Position numbers and translations under genes: made by a program. This document shows, piece after piece, positions 44,216 through 52,275 of a stretch of DNA of 64,000 nt. The DNA comes from Vulcanimicrobiota bacterium (GTDB taxonomy: Bacteria; Vulcanimicrobiota; Vulcanimicrobiia; Vulcanimicrobiales; Vulcanimicrobiaceae): positions 128,001-192,000 of the forward strand of contig CAVZQC010000002.1 in assembly GCA_963777315.1 (NCBI GenBank), written 5' to 3'. The first letter of the stretch is position 1, and each line of letters starts with the position of its first letter. The notes below the pieces were generated by a model. The model searched no databases and was not told where the DNA came from. It saw nothing but the letters and a program-made list of their open reading frames with translations.

Positions 44216-45147
44216 TGCTCCCGTTGAACTTCAACTTCGCGCGCGACGTGCTGGACGCCGTCGCCGACCGCGAGCGCGTGGGGTTGATCTTCGTGGATTC
44301 GCACGGGCACCGGCGCGACTACACGTTCGCAGAGATTTCGCAGTGGTCGGCCCGTTACGCCCAAGCATTGCGCACGCTGGGCGTGACTGCCGGCGAGCGC
44401 GTTCTGCTGTGCCTTTCGAACACCGCGAAATGTCAATTCACCGCGCTCGCGCTCGCCCGGCTGGGCGCCGTTGCGGTACCCGCCTGCGAAGCGATGAGCC
44501 GGCAGCAGCTCGCGCAGCTGGCTCGCGATGCGTCCGTGACGACGCTGATCGCCAACCGCAGGCGCCGTGAGGCCTGCGAGCGCGCGATGGAATCGATGCC
44601 GGCGATGCCGCGCCGCATCCTGATAGGTGAAACTCGTGAGGGATGGGAGCGTTTGGACACGCTGACCGGGAGCGCTGCGCCGTTTGCCGGCGTTACGACG
44701 CAATCGACGGACGCCGCCCTGATCGTCGGTGACGTAGTGCTGGACTGCGGCGCTTTGTATGAAACCCGCGCACTGGCGCAAGACGTCTTTGGTGCCGCGG
44801 TCGCCGACCGCGTATGGTCGACGTTTCGCATGGGAAGCCGATGGTGGCTCGCATTCGTGCAGGCGCCCTGGTGGCGCGGGGCCGCAACGATCGTGCACGA
44901 AGGCGAGTATGACGCACGCGAACGGCTCGGGCTGATACGCGAGCTCGAGGTTACGGTTCTCTGCCAGCCGCCGGACGAGTATCGCTGCGCGGTCGAATTG
45001 CCCGAGTCGGAACGATTCCGCATGCCGCATTTGCGGCGCTGCGTCGTGGCGGGAGCCTTCGAGGAGATCGAGCGGCGCTGGCGCGCCCGGTTCGGGGTGG
45101 AGCTGGTCAGCGCAAATCCAGACGCATCATCTCCGGCGCGGGCCTGA
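44215..45147 (+). CDS. Truncated AMP-binding (acyl-CoA synthetase-like) protein
   Basis: FNFARDVLD, YTFAEI, LCQPPDEYR, LRRCVVAG match medium-chain acyl-CoA synthetases; P-loop and C-terminal half absent. Confidence 0.7.
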   Translation: MLPLNFNFARDVLDAVADRERVGLIFVDSHGHRRDYTFAEISQWSARYAQALRTLGVTAGERVLLCLSNTAKCQFTALALARLGAVAVPACEAMSRQQLAQLARDASVTTLIANRRRREACERAMESMPAMPRRILIGETREGWERLDTLTGSAAPFAGVTTQSTDAALIVGDVVLDCGALYETRALAQDVFGAAVADRVWSTFRMGSRWWLAFVQAPWWRGAATIVHEGEYDARERLGLIRELEVTVLCQPPDEYRCAVELPESERFRMPHLRRCVVAGAFEEIERRWRARFGVELVSANPDASSPARA

Positions 45148-45562
45148 ACCCGAGTGATTCGTACAACGGCCGGCCCATTTGCGAGGCGTGCAGGCGCACG
45201 GTCTTGCACCCGCATTCGCGGCACCACGCGAGTGCCCACTGCGCCAGCTCCCGCGCTATTCCGCGCCCGCGGTACGCCGGCAGCACGTACATGCCCGCTA
45301 GCATCACCGTAACGTCCAGCAGGACGTTCGAGCGGCCGATTTGCCGGAACGCCGTGCACGTGGCGACGATTGCGCCGTCGTTTTCGGCCACGAACCACGT
45401 GCCGCTCCCTGCCTGCATATCGGCCTGGAATTGATCGTACAGGCGTTCTCGCCAGTCGCTTACGAGCCCGGTCCCCGTCAAATCGCACTCGACGAGCATG
45501 TCGTGCCAGAGTTGCACGAGCGCCGCCAGATCGGGAGCAGAGCCGAATCGCAGGACAGCCAC
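45107..45562 (-). CDS. GNAT family N-acetyltransferase
   Basis: MYVLPAYRGRGIA, LHASQMGRPLYESLGF; GTG start inferred. Confidence 0.88.
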   Translation of the reverse strand: MAVLRFGSAPDLAALVQLWHDMLVECDLTGTGLVSDWRERLYDQFQADMQAGSGTWFVAENDGAIVATCTAFRQIGRSNVLLDVTVMLAGMYVLPAYRGRGIARELAQWALAWCRECGCKTVRLHASQMGRPLYESLGFRPAPEMMRLDLR

Positions 45563-45596
45563 GGGCGTGAGTGTTGCATGCGGCCGATTCGTGTCC

Positions 45597-45627
45597 TTGA
45601 CGCGGACCCCCGCACGCGTGCTACACT
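45597..45627 (+). promoter_or_regulatory. Putative sigma70 promoter of infC-rpmI-rplT
   Basis: TTGACG then TGcTACACT (extended -10; 19-nt spacer is long). Confidence 0.5.
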
Positions 45628-45633
45628 TCTCCA

Positions 45634-45746
45634 GCCGAAGCAGGGCCGCCGGGTCCTCACCGGACGCCCGCGGGCAATCCGGTCTTCCTCGAGGGGCCGC
45701 CGGTAGGCTCCCACGATGGGGTTGCTTTGCGCAACGCCCTTTTTTA
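45634..45746 (+). promoter_or_regulatory. Putative ribosomal protein L20 leader / attenuator
   Basis: GC-rich structured leader starting GAAGC...CTCACC, with AGGGC...GCCCT complementarity ending in a T-run, upstream of infC-rpmI-rplT. Confidence 0.55.
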
Positions 45747-45767
45747 TTGCCAGACGGAGTACTTGCC

Positions 45768-46379
45768 ATAGCTCGACCGCTCAGAATAAACGACCAGATC
45801 CGCATCCGCCAGGTGCGCGTCATCGACGAGGACGGAAGTCAGCTCGGAATCATGCTCACCGAAGACGCACTGGCGCGTGCGCGAACCGGGGGACTCGATT
45901 TGATCGAAGTTTCGCCGACCGCGCAACCGCCGGTGTGCAAGATCGCAGACTACGGACGCCTCAAATACGAGCAGTCGAAGAAAGACAAAGACGCCCGTAA
46001 AAAGCAGAAGAGCTTCGAGTTGAAAGAGGTGAAACTGCGGCCGAAGATCGAGACCCATGACTACGAGACCAAGGCCCGAATGGCCGAACGTCTCTTGCTC
46101 GACGGAAGCAAGATCAAGGTTACCATCATGTTTCGCGGGCGCGAAATAACGTACACCGGTTTCGGACGCAAGCTGCTCGATCGCATGGCTGCCGACATGA
46201 CGCCGATCGCCTCGGTCGAACGCGATCCGAAACTCGAAGGAAAAAACATGTTCATGATCCTAGCGCCGCGCGCGGTGCCCAGCGGTCCGCCGAAGTTTTT
46301 GTCGGCGCACGAAAAGGACCGCGAAGGCAAACCGGGCCAAGTTGCCGGCGCTGCGACGAAGGAGCCGACCAGTGCCTAA
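45768..46379 (+). CDS. infC: Translation initiation factor IF-3, ATA start
   Basis: RINDQIR, PPVCKIADY, KEVKL, MFRGRE; GGAG 8 nt before ATA. Confidence 0.96.
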   Translation: MARPLRINDQIRIRQVRVIDEDGSQLGIMLTEDALARARTGGLDLIEVSPTAQPPVCKIADYGRLKYEQSKKDKDARKKQKSFELKEVKLRPKIETHDYETKARMAERLLLDGSKIKVTIMFRGREITYTGFGRKLLDRMAADMTPIASVERDPKLEGKNMFMILAPRAVPSGPPKFLSAHEKDREGKPGQVAGAATKEPTSA

Positions 46380-46578
46380 AATTCGTACCCACCGCGGGAC
46401 CGCGAAACGCGTGAAGGTCAGTGCAAACGGCAAGGTGACGCACCGGCATCAGTTCAGCGGCTGCGGCCACATTTTGAGCAAGAAGACGCGTAAGCGCAAA
46501 CGCAAATTCCGCAAGGATCAGCCGGTGTTTTCGGGCGACCTCAAACGCCTGGCTCCGACGATTCCGTACTTGGTGTAA
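46372..46578 (+). CDS. rpmI: 50S ribosomal protein L35
   Basis: MPKIRTHRGTAKR; GTG start with AAGGAG RBS. Confidence 0.95.
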   Translation: MPKIRTHRGTAKRVKVSANGKVTHRHQFSGCGHILSKKTRKRKRKFRKDQPVFSGDLKRLAPTIPYLV

Positions 46579-46590
46579 GGAGAGCGCTCG

Positions 46591-46950
46591 ATGGCACGAG
46601 TCAAACGCGGCCTGCACGGCCTCAAGCACCGCCGCAAAGTCATGAAGCTGGTCAAGGGCTTTCGCGCGGCTCGCCGGCGGAACTATCGCGTCGCGAACGA
46701 AGCGCTGCTGCATTCCCTGGCGTATGCGTATCGCGATCGCCGCGTCCGCAAGCGTGACTTTCGCTCGCTGTGGATCAGCCGCATCAACGCGGCCGCCCGC
46801 AAGGAAGGGCTGACGTATTCGGTTTTCATGAACGGCTTGAAAAAATCGGGCGTCACGCTCAATCGCAAGGCGCTGGCCGAACTGGCGATCTCCGACGCGG
46901 CGGCGTTTCGCACGCTGCTGCAAACCGCAAAGCAGGCGACGCGCAAATAA
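46591..46950 (+). CDS. rplT: 50S ribosomal protein L20
   Basis: MARVKRG, YAYRDRR, FRSLWISRINAAAR, LNRKALAELA. Confidence 0.98.
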   Translation: MARVKRGLHGLKHRRKVMKLVKGFRAARRRNYRVANEALLHSLAYAYRDRRVRKRDFRSLWISRINAAARKEGLTYSVFMNGLKKSGVTLNRKALAELAISDAAAFRTLLQTAKQATRK

Positions 46951-46966
46951 CGGGTACGACCTCGGC

Positions 46967-47455
46967 ATGAAGCGTGCTTTGAGTCTGGTTGCGCTCGCCG
47001 TTTTTCTGCCGCTGGCCGCGTCGGCGGCCCTGAGCAGCGTAGACCGCGAATATCTCACCTCGGCCATGCAAACGCAGCTCGGGCGGTACGCGCTCGCGAC
47101 CTTGGCGGAAAAACAGGCCGGTTCGGCTCGCGTGAAGCAGCTGGCCAAATCCATTGCCGGCGAAGCAACCCGCCAGACGCGCGCGCTGGACGCGCTGGCG
47201 AAAAAGCACGGCGTGCCGGTCGCCACGCACTCGTCGGTCCGCGACAGGTACCACTACTCGCGCCTGATCGGCGTGCACGGCACGGCGTTCGATCGGCGTT
47301 TCGTGCAAGAACTGCTCGTCGACGACCAGATCGCTTCGAGCAACGAGCGCAGCCAAATGAGGCACGGCCAAGATTCGGAGCTGCGCGCCTTTGCGGCGCA
47401 CCGGTATCGCGCGCTTGCGAACGAACTTCGAATGCTGCGCAGCGTTAAGTTTTAG
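46967..47455 (+). CDS. Secreted DUF4142-like (ferritin-like) protein
   Basis: Signal peptide; GTAFDRRFV, GQDSELRAFA. Confidence 0.7.
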   Translation: MKRALSLVALAVFLPLAASAALSSVDREYLTSAMQTQLGRYALATLAEKQAGSARVKQLAKSIAGEATRQTRALDALAKKHGVPVATHSSVRDRYHYSRLIGVHGTAFDRRFVQELLVDDQIASSNERSQMRHGQDSELRAFAAHRYRALANELRMLRSVKF

Positions 47456-47521
47456 CTTCGCTCATCCGCGCAGAATAAGCTGCCGGAGGCTACCGCTGCA
47501 TCCCGCCGAAAAGTCGAAGGC

Positions 47522-48940
47522 ATGCAATACCGGGTCGTCTGCATGCTGTTCGCGTTAGCCCTGCTGCCTGCAGTCGCCGCCGCGCAAGAATCGACCCCGC
47601 AGCCCGTACCCACGACCCAGCCGTTTACAGCCGCAAAAGCGCGCGCCGTCGACGCAATCGCCCTAGGCGAACTGCACGCCGGCAGCACGCCGGGACTCGC
47701 TATCGGCATCGTGCAAGACGGTCTGCTGGTCTACTCGCGGGGTTTCGGCTTTTCGGATTTGTCCAAACACCGGCGCGTGAGCGCCGAAACGCAGTTTTAC
47801 GCGGGCTCGCTTTCCAAGCAGTTTACGGCTGCGTCGACTCTTCTGCTGGTCCAGGACAAGCAGCTCGGGCTCGACGACAAGGTGACAAAGTACGTTCCGG
47901 AATTGACGATCGCCAGGAACGTCACCGTTGCGCAGCTCCTCCAGCAGACCTCGGGCCTGCCGGATTATACGCAGGCGCCGGGCGTGAATCACGATCCCAC
48001 CAAACCGATAAAACTCGGGGATCTGATCAAAGCGGTCGATCGGATGAGCCCGCAGTCCGCGCCGGGCGCACAGTTCACCTACAACAACTTCAACTACATG
48101 ATCGCCGGGCTGATCGTCGCGCGCGTGAGCGGCGAGCCGCTTTCGGTGTACATGCAGTCGCACATCTTCGAACCGCTGATCATGACCTCGACGTTTTTGG
48201 CCGGGGATCAAGGCATTGCGGCGGATCGGGCGCGCGGCTACACGCGCATAGCGGGCCGTTTCCAAGCCGTGAAGCCGTGGGACGCATCGTGGCTCTTCGG
48301 AGCCGGCGACTTGGTGACCACGGTGGACGATCTCGCCAAGTGGGACATCGGGCTTCCGCTCGTGCTCAACGTCGATTCCGTGCGCGACCTCTGGAGCGGC
48401 AGCGGCGCTCCGGGCGGCATGAACTACGGCATGGGATGGATCGTCGACCAGCGCGGCGGCCAGCGCTACGTCTGGCACAACGGCGAGCTGGCCGGCTTCC
48501 ATGCGATGAACGCGGTGCTGCCAGACCAGCACATCGCCGTCATCGTCCTGAGCAACGCCGATTCGCTGCACTCGCAAACGACGGTGTCGCCGGAGCGCTT
48601 AGTGCTGCACATCTTGGACGTGGTCGCGCCCCTGCCGCCGGCCCGTTTCGGAAATCTCATCATGCAGCGCGCCGACGAGTGGCTCGCGCGGCTGCAGCGG
48701 GTGACGATCGACCGAACCCAGCTCACGCCGCAATTCAGCGAATACTTAACCGACCAGGTCGTTATACGAGCCGATCTCAAATCGCTTGGGGCCGCCCAGA
48801 CGATGGTGCCCATCGAGAGCTTCGAGCGCTCGGGGGACACCGTGTACGTTTTCGACGTAAAGTTTGCGCACGGAACGATTCGCTATCAGTTTGCGCTCGC
48901 GCCGGACGGCAAAATCGACGGGTTGTTTTTTTCCCCTTAA
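47522..48940 (+). CDS. Secreted serine hydrolase (beta-lactamase family)
   Basis: Signal peptide; GSLSKQ, YNN, WHNG. Confidence 0.88.
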   Translation: MQYRVVCMLFALALLPAVAAAQESTPQPVPTTQPFTAAKARAVDAIALGELHAGSTPGLAIGIVQDGLLVYSRGFGFSDLSKHRRVSAETQFYAGSLSKQFTAASTLLLVQDKQLGLDDKVTKYVPELTIARNVTVAQLLQQTSGLPDYTQAPGVNHDPTKPIKLGDLIKAVDRMSPQSAPGAQFTYNNFNYMIAGLIVARVSGEPLSVYMQSHIFEPLIMTSTFLAGDQGIAADRARGYTRIAGRFQAVKPWDASWLFGAGDLVTTVDDLAKWDIGLPLVLNVDSVRDLWSGSGAPGGMNYGMGWIVDQRGGQRYVWHNGELAGFHAMNAVLPDQHIAVIVLSNADSLHSQTTVSPERLVLHILDVVAPLPPARFGNLIMQRADEWLARLQRVTIDRTQLTPQFSEYLTDQVVIRADLKSLGAAQTMVPIESFERSGDTVYVFDVKFAHGTIRYQFALAPDGKIDGLFFSP

Positions 48941-49212
48941 TCGTCGCCGTTGGCCAGACGGCGTCCGGTCGCTTCGATGACTTTGCCCAGCATGCTCACC
49001 GCCTCGGCGCGTGACGCATTGCTGAACATGTACTTGAGCTTGTCGTCGGAATCTTCGACGATGAGCACAGCGCGCTTGCCGGCCCGCACCGCGGCGATCA
49101 ATTTGTTAAGATAGGCCTCATCTTCGGGCGCTAGTACGGAATGGGCTCCGGCTTCCGTGCCTTCGCTGAGTAAATACTTCAGAACCGCATTTATATCTCG
49201 CGGAGTCTCCAC
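48937..49212 (-). CDS. Hypothetical protein (91 aa)
   Basis: GGAGG RBS before GTG; protein-like composition; own AT-rich upstream region. Confidence 0.7.
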   Translation of the reverse strand: METPRDINAVLKYLLSEGTEAGAHSVLAPEDEAYLNKLIAAVRAGKRAVLIVEDSDDKLKYMFSNASRAEAVSMLGKVIEATGRRLANGDD

Positions 49213-49312
49213 GCGCTAATACCTCCATGGCAAAAGCCGCCACAGTTACTAAACGAACATTAGCACATTCCGTGGCACCTTCGTACCATAGATTATCGAC
49301 TCTTGAGGAAAC

Positions 49313-49846
49313 TTATTTATCAGGCCGCCCGGCCAGCCAAAGAAGCGCCGTGACGGTTTTCATGTCGACGATCTCCCCGCTCGCTTGCATTTCCCACGCT
49401 TGAGCGAACGTAACTTCGCGAACTTCGATGCGTTCGTCTTCCTGCAGATCCTGCGGCCCTGCGTGCAAACCGCGGGCGGCATAGATGTGCACGCGCTCGG
49501 TGCAGAACCCGGGTGTCGGATAGACGGCGCACAGCAATTCCAAGCGATCCGCGGCGTAGCCGGTCTCTTCTCGCAGCTCGCGCAGCGCGCCCGTCTCGCA
49601 GCTTTCGTCGGGTTCGGCAGTTCCGGCGGGAATTTCCCACAGCCGCTGCCCCGCGGCGTGGCGGTATTGCCCGACCAGCACTAAGCGCCCGGGCGCCGGC
49701 ACGGGCGCGATCGCAAACGAGCCCCGATGCTCGACTATGTCGAGCTTGCGCTCTTTTCCGTCGTCGTCGATCGTGTCCACGCGCACGGAAAACACCCGGC
49801 CTTTAAAAACTTGCTCGGACCGCAGCACTCTGGGAGTATCGCTCAT
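49313..49846 (-). CDS. NUDIX hydrolase (ADP-ribose pyrophosphatase-like)
   Basis: QYRH, EIPAG, Nudix box ALRELREETG, PGFCTE; ATG 49846. Confidence 0.92.
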   Translation of the reverse strand: MSDTPRVLRSEQVFKGRVFSVRVDTIDDDGKERKLDIVEHRGSFAIAPVPAPGRLVLVGQYRHAAGQRLWEIPAGTAEPDESCETGALRELREETGYAADRLELLCAVYPTPGFCTERVHIYAARGLHAGPQDLQEDERIEVREVTFAQAWEMQASGEIVDMKTVTALLWLAGRPDK

Positions 49847-49923
49847 GCGGCGCTCTTTCCCGATCCGCGCGAACTTACCGGGCGGTAAACGGAAAACGCC
49901 GCCTGCGCCTCGTAAGGCCAAGC

Positions 49924-50124
49924 GTGCAACGTTCGCGTTCGTCGATCGGCCGGGAATTGCTGTGGCTCATCGTTTGGATCGTTCTTTTCGCCGGCTGTAC
50001 GACGCTGCTGCTCGCATACGTCGTGCCGCACCACTTCAACGATCGCATCGCCGTGATGCTCGCTGCCATAGCCTCCAGCCTGGCATGGATCGCTCTGCGT
50101 GCCTATTTCACTCGGCGCGCATAA
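49924..50124 (+). CDS. Small two-TM membrane protein
   Basis: Two hydrophobic segments; fills the gap before the methyltransferase. Confidence 0.55.
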   Translation: MQRSRSSIGRELLWLIVWIVLFAGCTTLLLAYVVPHHFNDRIAVMLAAIASSLAWIALRAYFTRRA

Positions 50125-50875
50125 CGCGCGCCTGGAATTGCCTCGCAGCCTGCTTTCCGTAAAGGGCCGGCGCGAACGCGGCGCGTTTGCCTTCGAGGGG
50201 CCCACGCTGCTTGGCGAAGCGGTGCGGGCGGGCGCGCAGGTGCAATCGATCTATGCAACTTCGCTCGCATACGAGCAAACGCCCATGCTGCGTGAAATGG
50301 AAGCGGGCGGCACCGAGGTGTACGTGATCGAAGAACGCGCGATGCGAAAGATTTCGGACGTCCGCACGCCGACGGGAATCGTCGCGGTCGCGCCGCTGCG
50401 TCTGCATGCGCCGGCCGAGCTGTTCGAGCAGTCCGGTACGATGCTGGGGCTGGCCGACGTGAGCGACCCCGGGAATGCCGGGACGCTCCTTCGCGCCGCG
50501 CAGGCCTTCGGAGTGAAGCGGGTCATCATCGGCGCCTCCGGGGTAGACCCGTACCATCCCAAGGTCGTGCGCGCGGCCATGGGAGCGCTATTTCGGCTGC
50601 GCCTTGCCGTAGCTTGCGCGCCCGACGTTGCGGCCGCCGCGCGCGGTTGGGAAGTCACCGGTTTGAGTGCGGCCGGCGCGCCCGTCGGCGGCCTGAGATG
50701 GGGGGCCAAGAATTTGCTTCTGGTGGGCAGCGAACGAGCCGGTCTGGGGACCTGGGAGCCGATGTGCACGCGTTTTGCCGGCATTCCCATGCCCGGCGGC
50801 GCCGAAAGCCTCAATGCCGGCATTGCCGGCGCAATTGCTCTCTACGAAGCAGCCAAGCAGGCTACTGTGTCGTAG
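50099..50875 (+). CDS. TrmH/SpoU family RNA methyltransferase
   Basis: DPGNAGTLLR, VVRAAMG, VGSE, IPM, ESLNAG. Confidence 0.92.
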   Translation: MPISLGAHNARLELPRSLLSVKGRRERGAFAFEGPTLLGEAVRAGAQVQSIYATSLAYEQTPMLREMEAGGTEVYVIEERAMRKISDVRTPTGIVAVAPLRLHAPAELFEQSGTMLGLADVSDPGNAGTLLRAAQAFGVKRVIIGASGVDPYHPKVVRAAMGALFRLRLAVACAPDVAAAARGWEVTGLSAAGAPVGGLRWGAKNLLLVGSERAGLGTWEPMCTRFAGIPMPGGAESLNAGIAGAIALYEAAKQATVS

Positions 50876-50977
50876 GCGGCCGGCTCATGCTTGCTTTGCG
50901 AAATACCCTCTTCGATGTGCTTGTCAAGACAGTCCACGCCCGCTAAAAAGTCAAGTCTACCTCGCGCAAAAGTCGCA

Positions 50978-50986
50978 TGTTATACT
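50978..50986 (+). promoter_or_regulatory. Extended -10 promoter element (TGnTATACT)
   Basis: TGTTATACT about 60 nt upstream of the small ORF preceding pheS. Confidence 0.55.
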
Positions 50987-51045
50987 GCTGCCATCGTACG
51001 GGCCTGCGGAGCCCAACGTCGTAAAGAAGGAGACCCACAAAACCG

Positions 51046-51150
51046 ATGGCGACCTCCGAATTCTTTTGGAAACTGTTTGAAGACACGGGATCGATAAGCG
51101 CTTATCTGATATACCGGCAGCTCCATCCGACCGCGGCTCCGGCCACCTGA
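51046..51150 (+). CDS. YqzL-like small protein / candidate leader peptide (34 aa)
   Basis: MATSEFFWKLFEDTGSISAYLIYRQLHPTAAPAT; AAGGAG upstream; WKxFxxTGxIxAYLxY resembles the YqzL family. Confidence 0.72.
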   Translation: MATSEFFWKLFEDTGSISAYLIYRQLHPTAAPAT

Positions 51151-51176
51151 CGATCCGCCGGAAAAGAAGACTTCCA

Positions 51177-51214
51177 CAAACGCCCGGAACAAGTATTTCC
51201 GGGCGTTTGCGTTT
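51177..51214 (+). terminator. Terminator-like hairpin upstream of pheS
   Basis: 13-bp perfect stem CAAACGCCCGGAA / TTCCGGGCGTTTG, 7-nt loop, interrupted T tail. Confidence 0.7.
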
Positions 51215-51232
51215 GAATTGTGACGATGCTGC

Positions 51233-52267
51233 ATGAGTGAATTGGACGAACGTTTGGCCGGCCTGCGCGAACGCTTCGATCGCGCGCTCGAGGCTGCGCG
51301 CGATGCGGCGGCGATCGACGCGGTGCGTGTCGCATTCTTGGGCCGCAGCGGTGAAGTCACGCTGCTGCGACGCGGCATCGGCACGCTGCCTGCAGCCGAA
51401 CGTCCCGGCGCGGGCAAGGCGATCAACGCAGCGGTCGAAGCGATGGAGGGGGCGCTGCAAAGCATCGCGGGACAGCTCGAGTCCCGAGCGTTCGGTGCCG
51501 AACTGCAGCACCGCGTCGACGTGACGTTTCCCGCCACCCCGGCGCAGATCGGGTCGATTCATCCGATCCGGCGCATCGTCAACGACGTCTGCCGCTTCTT
51601 CTCGCATCACGGGTTTGCCGTCGTGCTTGGCCCGGAGATCGAGCCCGAGTATTACAACTTCGACGCGCTCAACATTCCGCCCGATCATCCGGCGCGCGAA
51701 GGGTTCGACTCGTTCTTTTTGACGGATACGCTGCTGCTGCGCCCGCACACGTCGCCCATGCAGATTCGTACGATGCAGCAGCACCGTCCGCCGCTCGCGG
51801 TCGTCGTGCCTGGCCGCTGCTACCGGCGCGATGCCGTGGACTCACGTCACCTGTTCCAATTCACGCAAGTCGAAGGTCTGCTGGTCGGCACCGACGTGCA
51901 CATGGGGCATCTCAAAGGCATGCTGACCGGAATGTGCCGCGAGCTGTTCGGCCGCGAGCAGCAGGTGCGTTTCCGCCCATCCTTCTTTCCGTTTACCGAA
52001 CCCAGTGCCGAGGTCGACACGACGTGCCCGCTATGCGGAGGCCGCGGCGGCGAATGCCGCATGTGCGGCGGCTCGGGCTGGATCGAGTTAGGCGGTTCGG
52101 GCATGGTGCATCCCAACGTGCTGCGCAATATGGAATTCGACCCGGCGGTGTACTCGGGCTGGGCATTCGGTTTCGGCGTCGAACGCATGGCGCTCGTGCG
52201 GTACGACATCGACGACATTCGCCGCCTGTACGAGAACGATCTCGACTTTCTGCTGCAACTGGCGTGA
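51233..52267 (+). CDS. pheS: Phenylalanine-tRNA ligase alpha subunit
   Basis: NFDALNIPPDHPAR, RPHTSP, FPFTEPS, GWAFGFGVER. Confidence 0.98.
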   Translation: MSELDERLAGLRERFDRALEAARDAAAIDAVRVAFLGRSGEVTLLRRGIGTLPAAERPGAGKAINAAVEAMEGALQSIAGQLESRAFGAELQHRVDVTFPATPAQIGSIHPIRRIVNDVCRFFSHHGFAVVLGPEIEPEYYNFDALNIPPDHPAREGFDSFFLTDTLLLRPHTSPMQIRTMQQHRPPLAVVVPGRCYRRDAVDSRHLFQFTQVEGLLVGTDVHMGHLKGMLTGMCRELFGREQQVRFRPSFFPFTEPSAEVDTTCPLCGGRGGECRMCGGSGWIELGGSGMVHPNVLRNMEFDPAVYSGWAFGFGVERMALVRYDIDDIRRLYENDLDFLLQLA

Positions 52268-52275
52268 GTGCGTAA

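Noticed and set aside
49255..49267. CGAACATTAGCAC as a Gram-positive-type LexA box
   Set aside because: The right half-site deviates from GTTC, and no matching box was seen upstream of uvrA or uvrB.
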